From positions 1-64,000 of the forward strand of contig JAXLNO010000502.1 in assembly GCA_038087875.1 (NCBI GenBank): a stretch of DNA of 64,000 bases. Reading direction: 5' to 3'. The position numbers and the translations under genes were made by a program. This DNA is from Malacoraja senta. Its lineage: Eukaryota. Each line of letters begins with the position of its first letter. The stretch's first letter is position 1. The notes beneath the pieces were generated by a model. That model saw only the letters and a list, made by a program, of their open reading frames with translations, had not been told where the DNA came from and did not search any database. Shown one piece after another: positions 1 to 12,704 of the stretch.

Positions 1-510
1 CGCAATACTCCAGGTGTGGTCCTCATCTGCATAGACCCTGGGTAACAACTGCAGTAGAACCTCCCTGCTCCTATACTCAAATTCCTTTTGCTATGAATGC
101 TAACATATCATTCGCTTTCTTCACTGCCTGCTGCACCTGCATGCCCACTTTAATGACTGGTGTACCATGACACCCAGGTCTCGTTGCATCTCCCCTTTTC
201 CTAATCGGCCACCATTCAGATAATAGTCTACTTTCCTGTTCTTTGCCATCAAAGTGGATAACCTCACATTTATCCACATTATACTGCATCTGCCAAACAT
301 TTGCCCACTCACCCAGCCTAACCAAGTCACCTTGCAGCCTCCGAGCATCCTCCTCACAGCTAACACTGCCCCCCAGCTTTGTGTCATCCGCAAACTTGGA
401 GATGTTGCATTCAATTACCTCGTCCAAATCATTAATATATATCGCGCGGTACCCCACTAGTCACTGCCTGCCATTGTGAAAAGGACCCGTTTACTCCTAC
501 TCTTTGCTTT
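1..510 (-). mobile_element. CR1-type LINE fragment (RT domain, degenerate)
   Basis: Minus ORF 77..457 contains YINDLD...[12 protein letters not shown]...WQMQYNVDKC, matching the intact CR1 ORF2 at 54240..57236; frameshifted. Confidence 0.9.
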
Positions 511-1583
511 CAGACAGGCAGCATCTCGAGAGAAGGAATGGGTGACGTTTCACAGAGTGCTGGAGGAACTCAGTGGGTCAGGCAGCATCTGTGGAGAATA
601 TAGATAGGTGACGTTTCACAGAGTGCTAGAGTAACTCAGTGAGACAGGCAGCATCTGTGGGGAGGTGACACCTCTATGTTGTTAGTACTTGAACTGATTT
701 GCCCAGTCAATGTGTTGTTTAAAGAGTGCCGTGACCTTCTAATCTCCTCAGTTACTTCCTTGGGGGACCTAATTACGACACTCACTACACCCTGCTGCTC
801 GTAACTACACCCAGACTCGTTCTATTTACCACCGTCTGACGAGCCAAGGTCCTTTCATTTGAACTGAGTAACAGGACATCCATCCACCTCGTTCCCGCAT
901 CACCTGTCCTTACTAATTACAGCACAGAAACACTTCACTTCATGATGTCTGTGCTGAACATGATGTGTTAATTAATCTCTGCCTGCCTGCATGTCACCCA
1001 TATCCATGTGCCTATACAAACACCACTATCATATCTGCCTGGCAGCACATCCCAGACCCCACCACCCTCTGTGTAAAATACTAGACCTGCGTATCTCCTT
1101 TAAACTTCATTCCTATCAGCTTAAAGCTATGCCCTCTCGTCTTTGACATTTCCATGCTGTGAATAAGGTTCTGGCTGTCTAGCCTAGCTTTGCTGCTCAT
1201 CATTTTATATACTTCTATCAGGTCTCCCTTCAGCTTCCTACGCCCCAGAGAAAACAATCCAAACTTGTCCACCCTCTCCCTGTAGCTAATGACAATAGAC
1301 AACAGTGCAGGAGTAGGCCATTCGGCCCTTCGAGCCAGGCCGCCTAATCCAGTCGATATTCTGGGAAACCTCTTCTGCACGCGATTCAAAACCTTCACAT
1401 TCTTCCTGTAATGGAACAATCAGAGAATGCACATAATGGATGCTGAATTCCCTGGAATATTCAGTTCCCAGCTACAGATATTAAGTTCCCTGGAATATTC
1501 AGTTCCCAGCTACAGATGTTAAATTCCCTGGAGCGTTCAGTTCTCAGCTTTGGTTCTGGAATCAGCCCACCCCTAAGTGTAAT

Positions 1584-3210
1584 AAGCGCCAACTCTCGGA
1601 CACCTCCTCCTACTTACCCCTGGACCATGACCCCACTGACGAGCACCAGGCCACCATCTCCAGCACCATCACCGACTTCATCCACTCTCACGCCCTGCCC
1701 GACCGAGACTCCAACCTCATCGTTCCCCAGCCCCGCACGGCCCGCTTATACCTTCTCCCCAAAATCCACAAACCTGACTGTCCCGGTAGATCCATTGTCT
1801 CTGCCTGTTCGTGCCCCACCGAACTCATCTCCACCTACCTCGACTCCATCCTATCCCCCTTGGTTAAAATCCCTCCCTACCTATGTTCAAGACACCTCAG
1901 ACACTCTCTGTCGTCTCCGCGCATTCCACTCTCTAGGCCCTCACCCCCTCATCTTCACCATGGACGTCCAGTCACTGTACACCTCCATCCCCCACCAGGA
2001 TGGTCTCGAAGCCCTCCGTTTTTTCCTCAACCAGAGAAGCAACCTATACCCGGCCACTGACACCCTCCTCCGCCTAGGTACTTACCCTCAATAACTTCTC
2101 ATTTGACTCCTCCCATTTCCTCCAAATACAAGGCGTAGCTATGGGCACACGCATGGGCCCCAGCTACGCCTGCCCCTTTGTCGGGTACGTAGAACAATCC
2201 TTGTTCAATACGTACCAGGGCCCCATCCCCGACCTCTACGTCCGCTACATCGATGACTGTTTTGGTGCCACATCCTGCACCCACACACAACTGACTGACT
2301 TCATCCGCTTCACCACCAACTTCCATCCGGCACTCAAATACACCTGGACCATTTCCAACACTTCCCTACCATTCCTTGACCTCACTATCTCCATCGCAGG
2401 TGATAGACTTCTTACCGACATCCACTACAAACCTACCGACTCCCATGGCTATCTGGACTACACTTCTTCCCACCCTGCTTCCTGTAAGGACTCCATCCCC
2501 CACTCCCAATTCCTCCGTCTATGCCGCATCTGCTCTCAGGATGAGACGTTCCACACCAGGGCATCGGAATGTCCTCATTCTTCAGGGAACGGGGTTCCCC
2601 TCCACCATAGATGAGGCTCGTACCAGGGTCTCTGCCATACCCCGCAACACTGCTCTCTCTCCCCATCCCCCCACTCACAACAAGGGCAGAGTCCCCCCAG
2701 TCCTCACCTTTCACCCCACCAGCCGTCACATACAACAAGTGATCCTCCGTCAGTTTCGCCACCTCCAACGTGACCCCACCACTCGCCACATCTTCCCATC
2801 TCCCCCCATGTCTGCCTTCCACAAAGACCGCTCCCTCCGTAACTCCCTTGTCAATTCTTCCCTTCCCTCCCATACCACCCCCTCCCCTGGTACTTTCCCT
2901 TGCAACCGCAAGAGATGCAACAGGAGGAAATGCACCTCATATTCCGCTTGGGCAGTCTACATCCTGGGGGCATGAACATTGAATTCTCCAAATTCTGCTA
3001 GCCCTTGCTGTCCCCTCCCCTTCATCAGCCCTCTGGTTGTCTCCTCCCATCCACCAGCCCTCGGCTCCTCCTCCGCATTTTTTCCTTTTTACCTTTCTTC
3101 TCCCCACCCCTATCAGTATGAAGAAGGGTTTCGGCCCGAAACGTTGCCCATTTCCTTCGCTCCATAGATGCTGCTGCACCCGCTGAGTTTCTCCAGCATT
3201 TTTGTGTACC
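1584..3210 (+). mobile_element. Penelope-like retroelement, 5'-truncated and frameshifted
   Basis: RT motifs IFTMDVQSLYTSIPH, MGTRMGPSYA and YVRYIDDCFG (ORFs 1516..2094, 2141..2614). 3' terminal repeat ends in ...TTTTTGTGTACC. Target-site duplication TAAGTGTAAT at 1574-1583 and 3211-3220. Confidence 0.9.
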
Positions 3211-3816
3211 TAAGTGTAATTATCTGCACTGTTAACCCACCCACCCTGTGTTACATCAGTGTAGATTTTGTGACTTTAAATGGTTCGTCTGTACATTGGG
3301 CTTGTTTGCCTTGTTTGGCGCCTATTTATTTCTCTAGCTTTCTTGCCGCGCTACCCAGCGGGGCTGAACCTTGTCCGGGCTCGAACTGTAGTCTTGTGTG
3401 TCTGGTCAGGCATGGTCAGGCCGCCGGGGAGGGTTTCATGTCTTTGGTGCCATTTCGGGGGCGCTGTGGACGGGGAGGGGGGTGAGGTGGGACAAGCCGT
3501 GGGGGGGACAGAGTCAGTGAAGCATACTCCTTCCTGCACCATCATTGCCGAGCTGAGGGCCCAGGCAAGGGCTGCACCGTGACACCACACACACAAGAAC
3601 CAAGCAGTCAGACACATTGTTCAAGCATGCATGTAATGAGAATATGATTGACTCAGTGGCCCAGCACCTGTACCACTGCCGTCTCTCCCCCACGCCCCTC
3701 GCTGTCTTCTCTTGCCGGCTTCTCTCCCTCTCGCCGGCGTTTCTCCCTCTCGTCGGCTTCTCTCCCTCGCCGGCTTCTCTCCTTCTCGCCGGCGTTTCTC
3801 CCTCTCTCCAGCTTCT

Positions 3817-3936
3817 CTACTCCAGGTAGCCGACATGGAGATTCCCGCGGCCACCACCCACTGCCACCACTTGGCCCTCCAGTGTGCTGGTCACCACATG
3901 TGCCGGGTGCTGGTGCAGTTTAATCTCCCCCAGGAC
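3817..3936 (-). CDS. WD40-repeat protein, coding exon 7 (last): VLGEIKLHQHPAHVVTSTLEGQVVAVGGGRGNLHVGYLE*
   Basis: Acceptor ...cttgccgccAG|GTC, phase 0 matches the previous exon; stop TAG at 3819-3817; final WD-like blade. Confidence 0.85.
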   Translation of the reverse strand, partial: VLGEIKLHQHPAHVVTSTLEGQVVAVGGGRGNLHVGYLE

Positions 3937-3948
3937 CTGGCGGCAAGA

Positions 3949-4378
3949 GTAAGCAAGTAAGTTTATTGGCCAAGTATTCACATACAAGGAATTTGCCTTG
4001 GTGCTCCGCCCACAACTAACAACATGACATACAGTGACAGTTACGAATGACTCAGAAAACACTAAACATTAATAATAATAAAACATTAATGATAAAACAC
4101 CATTGATCAAGCATGTGAACCAACAAAATACCAGATCAAAGGGAGGCTACAGATTTTTGGCTGTTGAGTAGAGCAACTACTCGTGGATAAAAACTGTTTT
4201 TATGTCTGGCTGTGGTGGCTTTGACAGTCCGGAGTCGCCTTCCAGAGGGAAGTGATTCAAAGAGTTTGTGGCAAGGGTGAGAGGGGTCAGAGATGATCTT
4301 GCCCGCTCGCTTCCTGGCCCTTGCAGTGTACAGTTCATCAATGGAGGGAAGGTTGCAGCCAATAACCTTCCCTGCTGA
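3949..4378 (-). mobile_element. Rex1/Babar-like non-LTR retrotransposon 3' end
   Basis: ORF 4136..4393 ...DPSHPCHKLFESLPSGRRLRTVKATTARHKNSFYPRVVALLN is a typical C-terminus; 3' UTR ends in AATAAA plus (CTTA/CTTG)n; near-identical copy at 12050-12451. Confidence 0.8.
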
Positions 4379-4769
4379 GGGGAGGGAACACATTAGCAGC
4401 GCCAGTGGTTAGAGCACGCCCGACCCAGGACCCAACCGGCCTCTCACCTCGACCCATGACCCCTGTGGCCAGCTCTGTCCAGCCCAACGTGCGGCCGCTG
4501 AGCAGTTTGTGATGTATATTCGTTTTTCGGCAGGTTCGTTTTTATCATTTAAAAATAAATTGGATAGTTATATGGACGGGAAAGGAATGGAGGGTTATGG
4601 TCTGAGCGCAGGTATATGAGACTAGGGGAGAATACGTGTTCGGCACGGACTAGAAGGGTCGAGATGGCCTGTTTCCGTGCTGTAATTGTTATATGGTTAT
4701 ATAGTTATATCAATAACTTGTACGTATAAGCAGGGTTGGTTAGCACATTTACAGACAACACCAAGAACT

Positions 4770-5460
4770 GTCTATAAAAGTAAGCATGCAGGTACAGCAG
4801 GCAGTGAAGAAAGCGAATGGCATGTTGGCCTTTATATCAAGAGGAATCGAATATAGGAGCAAAGAAGTCCTTCTGCAGTTCAACAGAGCCCTTGTGAGAC
4901 CACACCTGGAGTGTTGTGTGTAGTTTTGGTCCCCTAATTTGAGGAAGGACATTCTTGCTATTGAGGGAGTGCAGCATAGGTTTACTAGGTTAATTCCCGG
5001 GATGGCGGGTCTGTCATACGCTGAGAGAATGGGGCAGCTGGGCTTGTACACTCTGGAGTTTAGAAGGATGAGAGGGGATCTCATTGAAACATATAGGATT
5101 GTTAAGGGCTTGGACACACTAGAGGCATGAAACATGTTCCCGATGTTGGGGGAGTCCAGAACCAGTGGCCACAGTTTAAGAATAAGGAGTAAGCCATTTA
5201 GAACGGAGACGAGGAAACAATTTTTTCTCACAGAGAGTGGTGAGTCTGTGGAATTCTCTGCCTCGGAGTGCGGTGGAGGCAGGTTCTCTGGATGCTTTCA
5301 AGAGAGAGCTAGATAGGGCTCTTAAAAATAGTGGAGTCAGGGGATATGGGGAGAAGGCAGGAACGGGGTACTGATTGGGGATGATCAGCCATGATCACAT
5401 TGAATGGCGGTGCTGGCTCGAAGGGCCAGATGGCCTACTCCTGCACCTATTGTCTATTGC
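4770..5460 (+). mobile_element. CR1-type LINE 3' fragment
   Basis: RKDILAIEGVQHRFTRLIPG...; CR1 3' UTR ending cctattgtctattg. Confidence 0.85.
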
Positions 5461-5814
5461 TGGGGTTGTGGACTCCGAGTAAAGCTGTAAAGGTTTACAT
5501 TGGGACATTCTGTAGAGCACCTCCAGAAATGAGCAGAGAAATGACAGCTGGAGTTTAATCCAAGCATATATGAGGTGTTGCCCCTAATGCAGGTCAAATA
5601 GCCCTCAACAACATTGATGCACAAGGATCTTGGGTGCAAGTCCATAACTCTGAAGGTGGTAAAGAAGGCATTTTGTATGCTTGCCTTCAAAGGTCGTGGC
5701 AGCGAGTACGAGTCGGGAGGTCATGATGGAGCCATTACTTCAACATCATTTTCCAGTGGTTCAATGTCCACTGTGGCCTCTCTTATCCTCTTTTATATCA
5801 TTGCTAATTTACCT

Positions 5815-6260
5815 TCATAGAAACATAGAAAATAAGTACAGGAGGAGGACATTCGGCCCTTCGAGCCAGCACCGCCATTCATTGTGATCATGGCTGATTG
5901 TCCCCTATCAATAACCCGTGCCTGCCTTCTCCACATATCCCTTGACTCCACTAGCCCCTAGAGCTCTATCAAACTCTCTCTTAAATCCATCCAATGATTT
6001 GGCCTCCACTGCCCTCTGTGGCAGGGAATTCCATAAATTCACAACTCTCTGGGTGAAAAAGTTTTTTCTCACCTCAGTCTTAAATGACCTCCCCTTTATT
6101 CTAAGAGTGTGGCCCCTGGTTCTGGACTCGCCCAACATTGGGAACATTTTTCCTGCATCTAGCTTGTCCTTTTATAATTTTATATATGTTTCTATAAGAT
6201 CCCCCCTCATCCTTGTAAACTCCAGTGAATATCCCTCATATGACAGTCCCGCCATCTCAG
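5815..6260 (-). mobile_element. CR1-type LINE 3' fragment
   Basis: ORF 5908..6147 (TRGH...FFTQRVVNLWNSLP...GTGY*); tail reads catagaaacatagaaa on the plus strand. Confidence 0.85.
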
Positions 6261-6622
6261 GGATATTCATATTTCTCCTTCCCTCCCTTGATTGCTTTTT
6301 TAGTTTTCTTCTGTTGGTTTTTAAAAGCTTCTGAGTCCTTTAGCTTCCCACTAATCTTTGCCATTTTATATTCCTTCTCTTTTGCTTTATGTTGTCCTGA
6401 CCAGTTGTCATCCACGGTTGCCTCATTCTGTCATTGCTACATTTCTTCTTCTTTGGGATGAAAAGATCCTATGTCTTTGAATTACTCCCAAACATTTGAG
6501 CCATTGCTGTTACATTATCATTCCTGCTCTGGTCCCTTTCCAATCATCTTTAGCCAGCTCCTCCCTTATGCCTCTGTAGTAATCTTTACTCAACAGTAAT
6601 ACCGATTCAAGTAATACCGATT

Positions 6623-7215
6623 CAAGTGACTGACCCTGGCCAGTGGAGATACCGATTCAAGTGACTGACCCTGGCCAGTGGAGACTGACCCAGGCCAGTG
6701 ACTGACCCAGGCCAGTGACTGACCCAGGCCAGAGACTGACCCAGGCCAGAGACTGACCCAGGCCAGAGACTGACCCAGGCCAGTGACTGACCCAGGCTAA
6801 TGACTGACCCAGGCCAGTCACTGACCCAGGCTAATGACTGACCCAGGCCAGTGACAACCTGGCCAGTGACTGACCCTGGCCAGTGGAAACTGACCCAGGC
6901 CAGTGGAGTCTGACCCAGGCCAGTGGAGTCTGACCCAGGCCAGAGACTGACCCAGCCCAGTGGAGTCTGACCCAGGCCAGAGACTGACCCAGGCCAGAGA
7001 CTGACCCAGACCAGTGGAGTCTGACCCTGGCCAGTGGAGACTGACCCAGGCCAAGAGACTGCCCCAGGCCAGAGACTGACCCAGGCCAGTGACTGACCCA
7101 GACCAGAGACTGCCCCAGGCCAGAGACTGACCCAAGCCAGTGACTGACCCAGACCAGAGACTGCCCCAGGCCAGAGACTGACCCAGGCCAGTGACAACCT
7201 GGCCAGTGAGACTGA
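6623..7215. repeat. Intronic minisatellite, ~17-20 bp unit (gactgacccaggccag[tg]a)
   Basis: Direct tandem repetition visible; lies next to the donor of WD40 exon 6. Confidence 0.95.
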
Positions 7216-7255
7216 CCCTCACCAGCACTGCTACACAGCCACTGCCAGGTCTCAC

Positions 7256-7468
7256 CACATCGGTCTTGATGTTAACGGCCTGAGCACTGTTAGTCCCACT
7301 GCCGCCAGCGATCACAGTGTCCGCAGTGCAGTATCGAGCGGAGTAGATGAACTCTCCATGATCCAGGTCTGAGGGGTACACGATGCTCTTCTCCGGCGTT
7401 GTTTTCCGAAAGTCCCAGATCTGCAGAGCATTGCGAGCTACCCACGAGCCCGTCAGGATCTTGTTGTT
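7256..7468 (-). CDS. WD40-repeat protein, coding exon 6: NNKILTGSWVARNALQIWDFRK...SAQAVNIKTDV
   Basis: Acceptor tttcctttgatcAG|AAC, donor GTG|GTGAGA; 213 nt, phase 0/0; LQIWD motif. Confidence 0.92.
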
Positions 7469-7505
7469 CTGATCAAAGGAAAGCAGAAAGTTTACAGACG
7501 CTCTG

Positions 7506-9415
7506 ACAGACCCGGACATCAACAACACGGGACAGTGGTGGCAACACGGGACAGACCCGGACATCAACAACACGGGACAGTGGTGACAACACGGGACAGA
7601 CCCAGACATCAACAACACGGGACAGACCCGGACATCAACAACACGGGACAGACCCGGACATCAACAACACGGGACAGTGGTGACAACACGGGACAGTGGT
7701 GACAACACGGGACAGACCCGGACATCAACAACACGGGACAGTGGTGGCAACACGGGACAGACCCGGACATCAACAACACGGGACAGTGGTGGCAACACGG
7801 GACAGACCCGGACATCAACAACACGGGACAGACCCAGACATCAACAACACGGGACAGTGGTGGCAACACGGGACAGACCCGGACATCAACAACACGGGAC
7901 AGTGGTGGCAACACGGGACAGACCCGGACATCAACAACACGGGACAGTGGTGGCAACACGGGACAGACCCAGACATCAACAACACGGGACAGTGGTGGCA
8001 ACACGGGACAGACCCGGACATCAACAACACGGGACAGTGGTGACAACACGGGACAGACCCGGACATCAACAACACGGGACAGTGGTGGCAACACGGGACA
8101 GACCCGGACATCAACAACATGGGACAGTGGTGGCAACGCGGGACAGACCCGGACATCAACAACACGGGACAGACCCAGACATCAACAACACGGGACAGTG
8201 GTGGCAACACGGGACAGACCCGGACATCAACAACACGGGACAGTGGTGGCAACACGGGACAGACCCGGACATCAACAACACGGGACAGTGGTGGCAACAC
8301 GGGACAGACCCAGACATCAACAACACGGGACAGTGGTGGCAACACGGGACAGACCCGGACATCAACAACACGGGACAGTGGTGGCAACACGGGACAGTGG
8401 TGGCAACACGGGACAGACCCGGACATCAACAACACGGGACAGTGGTGGCAACACGGGACAGACCCGGACATCAACAACACGGGACAGTGGTGGCAACACG
8501 GGACAGTGGTGGCAACACGGGACAGACCCGGACATCAACAACACGGGACAGTGGTGGCAACACGGGACAGTGGTGGCAACACGGGACAGACCCGGACATC
8601 AACAACACGGGACAGTGGTGGCAACACGGGACAGTGGTGACAACACGGGACAGACCCGGACATCAACAACACGGGACAGACCCGGACATCAACAACACGG
8701 GACAGACCCGGACATCAACAACACGGGACAGACCCGGACATCAACAACACGGGACAGTGGTGGCAACACGGGACAGACCCGGACATCAACAACACGGGAC
8801 AGACCCGGACATCAACAACACGGGACAGACCCGGACATCAACAACACGGGACAGTGGTGGCAACACGGGACAGACCCGGACATCAACAACACGGGACAGT
8901 GGTGGCAACACGGGACAGACCCGGACATCAACAACACGGGACAGACCCGGACATCAACAACACGGGACAGACCCGGACATCAACAACACGGGACAGTGGT
9001 GGCAACACGGGACAGACCCGGACATCAACAACACGGGACAGTGGTGGCAACACGGGACAGACCCGGACATCAACAACACGGGACAGTGGTGGCAACACGG
9101 GACAGACCCGGACATCAACAACACGGGACAGTGGTGGCAACACGGGACAGACCCGGACATCAACAACACGGGACAGTGGTGGCAACACGGGACAGTGGTG
9201 GCAACACGGGACAGACCCGGACATCAACAACACGGGACAGTGGTGGCAACACGGGACAGACCCGGACATCAACAACATGGGACAGTGGTGGCAACACGGG
9301 ACAGACCCAGACATCAACAACATGGGACAGTGGTGGCAACACGGGACAGTGGTGACAACACGGGACAGACCCGGACATCAACAACAACGGGACAGTGGTG
9401 GCAACACAGGACAGC
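7506..9415. repeat. ~1.9 kb two-module minisatellite (26-bp cagacccggacatcaacaacacggga and 19-bp cagtggtggcaacacggga)
   Basis: Tandem array fills almost the whole intron between WD40 exons 5 and 6; its long ORFs are repeat translations. Confidence 0.97.
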
Positions 9416-9451
9416 GGTGACCCCCCCACCACCCCAGTTGCCGGCGGTTAC

Positions 9452-9532
9452 CTTGATGTCGATGCCGGGGCCACAGATGTGGGGGCCATTAATGACCTTT
9501 CGAGCCTCGCTCGCCATTCGCTTGTCCCAGAT
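9452..9532 (-). CDS. WD40-repeat protein, coding exon 5: IWDKRMASEARKVINGPHICGPGIDIK
   Basis: Acceptor tctcttgccAG|ATC, donor AAG|GTAACC; 81 nt, phase 0/0. Confidence 0.92.
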
Positions 9533-9549
9533 CTGGCAAGAGAGACGGG

Positions 9550-10070
9550 TTCAGTGGGGGTCGGTCTGGAGTTAGTGTGGGGTCAGTCCAGGGTCAGTGT
9601 GGTGTCGGTCCAGGGTCAGTGCAGGACAGTCTGAGGTCAGTCCAGGGTCAGTGGGGGTCAGTCTGGTGCCATTCCAGGATCAGTGTGGGGTCGGTCTGGG
9701 GTCAGTGGGGGTTGCTCTGGGGTCAGTGCGGGGTCGGTCCAGGGTCAGTGGGGGTCGGTCCGGGGTCAGTGTGGGATCAATCCAGGGTCGGTCTGGGGTC
9801 AGTCCAGGGTCAGTGTTGGGTCGGTCTGGGGTCAGTCCAGGTCAGTCTGGGGTCAGTCCAGGGTCAGTGTGGGGTCGGTCTGGGCTCAGTGTGGAGTCGG
9901 TCTGGGCTCAGTCCAGGGTAAGTTGGGGTCGGTCTGGGGTCAGCGCAGGAGAGGTCAGTCTGGGGTCAGTCCAGGGTCAGTTGAGGTCAGTGGGGGTCAG
10001 TGTGGGGTCGGTCTGGGGTCAGTGGCGGTCAGTCTGGGGTCAGCGCAGGAGAGGTCAGTCTGGGGTCAGA
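9550..10070. repeat. Degenerate intronic minisatellite (gggtcagt/gggtcggt units)
   Basis: Low-complexity tandem repetition between WD40 exons 4 and 5. Confidence 0.9.
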
Positions 10071-10099
10071 GGAGCTCAGCTGGGGTTGCGACACCTCAC

Positions 10100-10249
10100 C
10101 TTGATGGAGTCGTCCCAGCCGCCGGACACGAAGATGTGGCGCTCCTGGGGGTGGAAGCGCAGGGCGTAGATGCGGCGAGTGTGGCCGTCAATGGGTCGCA
10201 GCTCCTTCCCACTCGTCACGTAGTCTGCTGGCTCCAGCACGTTGATCAG
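10100..10249 (-). CDS. WD40-repeat protein, coding exon 4: LINVLEPADYVTSGKELRPIDGHTRRIYALRFHPQERHIFVSGGWDDSIK
   Basis: Acceptor cccctgcAG|CTG, donor AAG|GTGAGG; 150 nt; canonical GH...SGGWD..IK(IWD) WD40 repeat. Not in the ORF track; translated by hand. Confidence 0.95.
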
Positions 10250-10344
10250 CTGCAGGGGCAGAGGTCAAACCGTGACCCCACACAGCCCAGACTGAACCAT
10301 GACCTCCAGAACTGACCCCCACACTGAACTCTGACCCTGGTCTC

Positions 10345-11020
10345 AACTGTTTAAGAAGGAACTGCAGATGCTGGAAAATCGAAGGTCGAGAAAAGTGCTG
10401 GATAAACTCAGCGGGTGCAGCAGCATCTATGGAGCGAAGGAAATAGGCAACGTTTCGTCCCGAAACCCTTCTTCAGGCTGATGTAGGGTGGGGGGGGGGG
10501 GGGGGGGGAGAAGAAAGGATAAAGGAAGAGGAGGAGCCCGAGGGCTGAGGGAGAGCTGAGAAGGGGAGGAGACAGCAAGGGCTACCGGAAATTGGAGAAT
10601 TCAATGTTCATGCCCCCAGGATGTAGATTGCCCAAGCGGAATATGAGGTGCTGTTCCTCCAATTCCCGGTGTTGCTCGCTGTGGCCATGGAGGAGACCCA
10701 GGACAGAGAGGTCGGATTCGGAATGGGAGGAGGAGTTGAAGTGCTGAGCCACCGGGAAGTCAGGTTGCTTATTGCGGACCGAGCGGAGGTGTTTGGTGAA
10801 ACGATCGCCAAGCCTACACTTGGTCTCACCGATGTAGATCAGCTGACATCTAGAGCAGCGGATGCAATAGATGAGGTTGGAGGAGATGCAGGTGAACCTC
10901 TGTCGTACCTGGAACGACTGCTTGGGTCCTTGAATGGAGTAGAGGGGGGATGTAAAGCGACAAGTGTAGCATCTCATGCGGTTGCAAGGGAAAGTGCCCG
11001 GAGAGGGGACTGTGATCCCC
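10345..11020 (-). mobile_element. Penelope-like element 3' fragment (GIY-YIG endonuclease plus terminal repeat)
   Basis: ORF 10582..11079 has FTCISSNLIYCIRCSRCQLIYIGETK...RF..H (GIY-YIG); terminal repeat homologous to 3115-3210. Confidence 0.9.
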
Positions 11021-11079
11021 AAAACTGGCACCGTAGCCTGACATCGTTCCCCCCCGAACTCTGACCCCTGACCCCTCAC

Positions 11080-11186
11080 CTGGTTGTTGCGGGCATCGTA
11101 GATCTTGATACCCCGGTTCCGGCCGGCGGTGGCGAATGTGGAGCCGTCGGACGAGATGTCGACAGCGTAGAGCTGGTTTTCTTCCT
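11080..11186 (-). CDS. WD40-repeat protein, coding exon 3: (E)EENQLYAVDISSDGSTFATAGRNRGIKIYDARNNQ
   Basis: Acceptor ctcttcccccAG|AG, donor CAG|GTGAGG; 107 nt, phase 1/0; WD40 repeat (..IKIYD). Confidence 0.93.
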
Positions 11187-11209
11187 CTGGGGGAAGAGGG
11201 GGAATGGCA

Positions 11210-11580
11210 GGAGGGAGAGCAGAGGTCAGGGGGAGAGCAGAGGTCAGGGGGAGAGCAAATGTCAGGGGAGAGCAGAGGTCAGGGGGAGAGCAAAGGTCAG
11301 GGGAGAGCAGACATCAGGGGAGAGCAAAGGTCAGGGGGAGAGCAAAGGTCGGGACAGCAAAGGTCAGGGGGAGAAAAGGTCAGGGGACAGCAGAGGTGAG
11401 GGGGAGAGCAAAGGCCAGGGGAGAGCAGAGGTCAGGGTAGAGCAAAGGTCAGCGGAGAGCAGAGATCAGGGGGAGCAGAGGTCAGGGGGAGAGCAGAGGT
11501 CAGGGGAGAGCAGAGGTCAGGGGAGGGCAGAAGTCAGGGGAGAGCAGAGTTCATGGGGAGAGCAGAGGTCAGGGGAGAGA
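11210..11580. repeat. Intronic purine-rich minisatellite (ggggagagcagaggtca)
   Basis: Tandem ~17-18 bp units visible. Confidence 0.92.
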
Positions 11581-11848
11581 GGAACAGAATCATCACCCCT
11601 TCCCTGCCCTCCCCCACTGTTCCCCCCCCCACCCGTCTCTCCGCTCTTCACGTTCAGGGCAAGGAGATCACACATGAGGGGTGGGGGGCTCAATCCCGCA
11701 GGTGATGGTCCCTGACCCCAACCTTGGCTGACCCCTGACCCCATCTGTGGTGATGATCCCTGACCCCCACATGTGGCTGACCCCACCTGTGGGAGGTTCT
11801 GAGCCCACCTGTGGTGCTGACCCCACCTGTGGGAGGTTCTGACCCCAC

Positions 11849-12029
11849 CTGTGAAGCTGGCGACGCAGGTCGCCGTCTGGGTGTTGTAGACAGCGACGGT
11901 GCCCTCCGCTCCCACAGCAATCAGGTGGCTGTTGTCCGTCGGGTGGAAGCAAAGCCCCGTGGTGGCCTGGCGCGAAACGCCGCCACTGAACAGGTCCCGC
12001 AGCGGCTTTCCAGCGTCCGGGTCCACCGC
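11849..12029 (-). CDS. WD40-repeat protein, coding exon 2: AVDPDAGKPLRDLFSGGVSRQATTGLCFHPTDNSHLIAVGAEGTVAVYNTQTATCVASFT
   Basis: Acceptor ctctcccAG|GCG, donor CAG|GTGGGG; 181 nt, phase 0/1, joins both neighbours in frame. Confidence 0.92.
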
Positions 12030-12049
12030 CTGGGAGAGTCAAGTCAAGT

Positions 12050-12451
12050 AAGTAAGTTTATTGGCCAAGTATTCACATACAAGGAATTTGCCTTGGTGCT
12101 CCGCCCACAAGTAACAACATGACATACAGTGACAGTTACGAATGACTCAGAAAACACTGAACATTAATAATAATAAAATATTAATGATAAAACACCATTG
12201 ATCAAGCATGTGAACCAACAAAATACCAGATCAAAGGGAGGCTACAGATTTATGTCTGGCTGTGGCGGCTTTGACAGTCCGGAGTCGCCTTCCAGAGGGA
12301 AGTGATTGAAATAGTTTGTGGCCAGGGTGAGAGGGGTCAGAGATGATCTTGCCCGTTCGCTTCCTGGCCCTTGCAGTGTACAGTTCATCAATGGAGGGAA
12401 GGTTGCAGCCAATAACCTTCTCTGCTGATCGGACGATTCGTTGCTGCCTCC
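12050..12451 (-). mobile_element. Rex1/Babar-like 3' end nested in the (CTTGA)n tail of an older LINE
   Basis: Near-identical to 3949-4378; flanked by direct repeat AGTCAAGTCAAGT at 12037-12049 and 12452-12464. Confidence 0.8.
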
Positions 12452-12704
12452 AGTCAAGTCAAGTCTAGTTTACTCGTCACATACACAAACGAGATGTGCA
12501 GTGAAATGAAAAGTGGCAATGCTCGTGGACTTTGTGTAAAAAAACAAACTAACAAACAAACAAACTACAGATAGAATGGAACAGAATCACATATTCTTTT
12601 ACATATTACATATTGTGGGAGGAAGGAAAAAGGGGAAAAAAAAACAGTAGAATAAAAAAAACAGTAGAACAGTAGACGGGAACAGACACGGGCAGCAGGG
12701 AAAC

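Noticed and set aside
7609..9575. Long ORFs (up to 632 aa) and a superficially CRISPR-like repeat/spacer look
   Set aside because: Pure minisatellite with only two recurring modules and no unique spacers; eukaryotic intron; frames are open only because the units lack stops.
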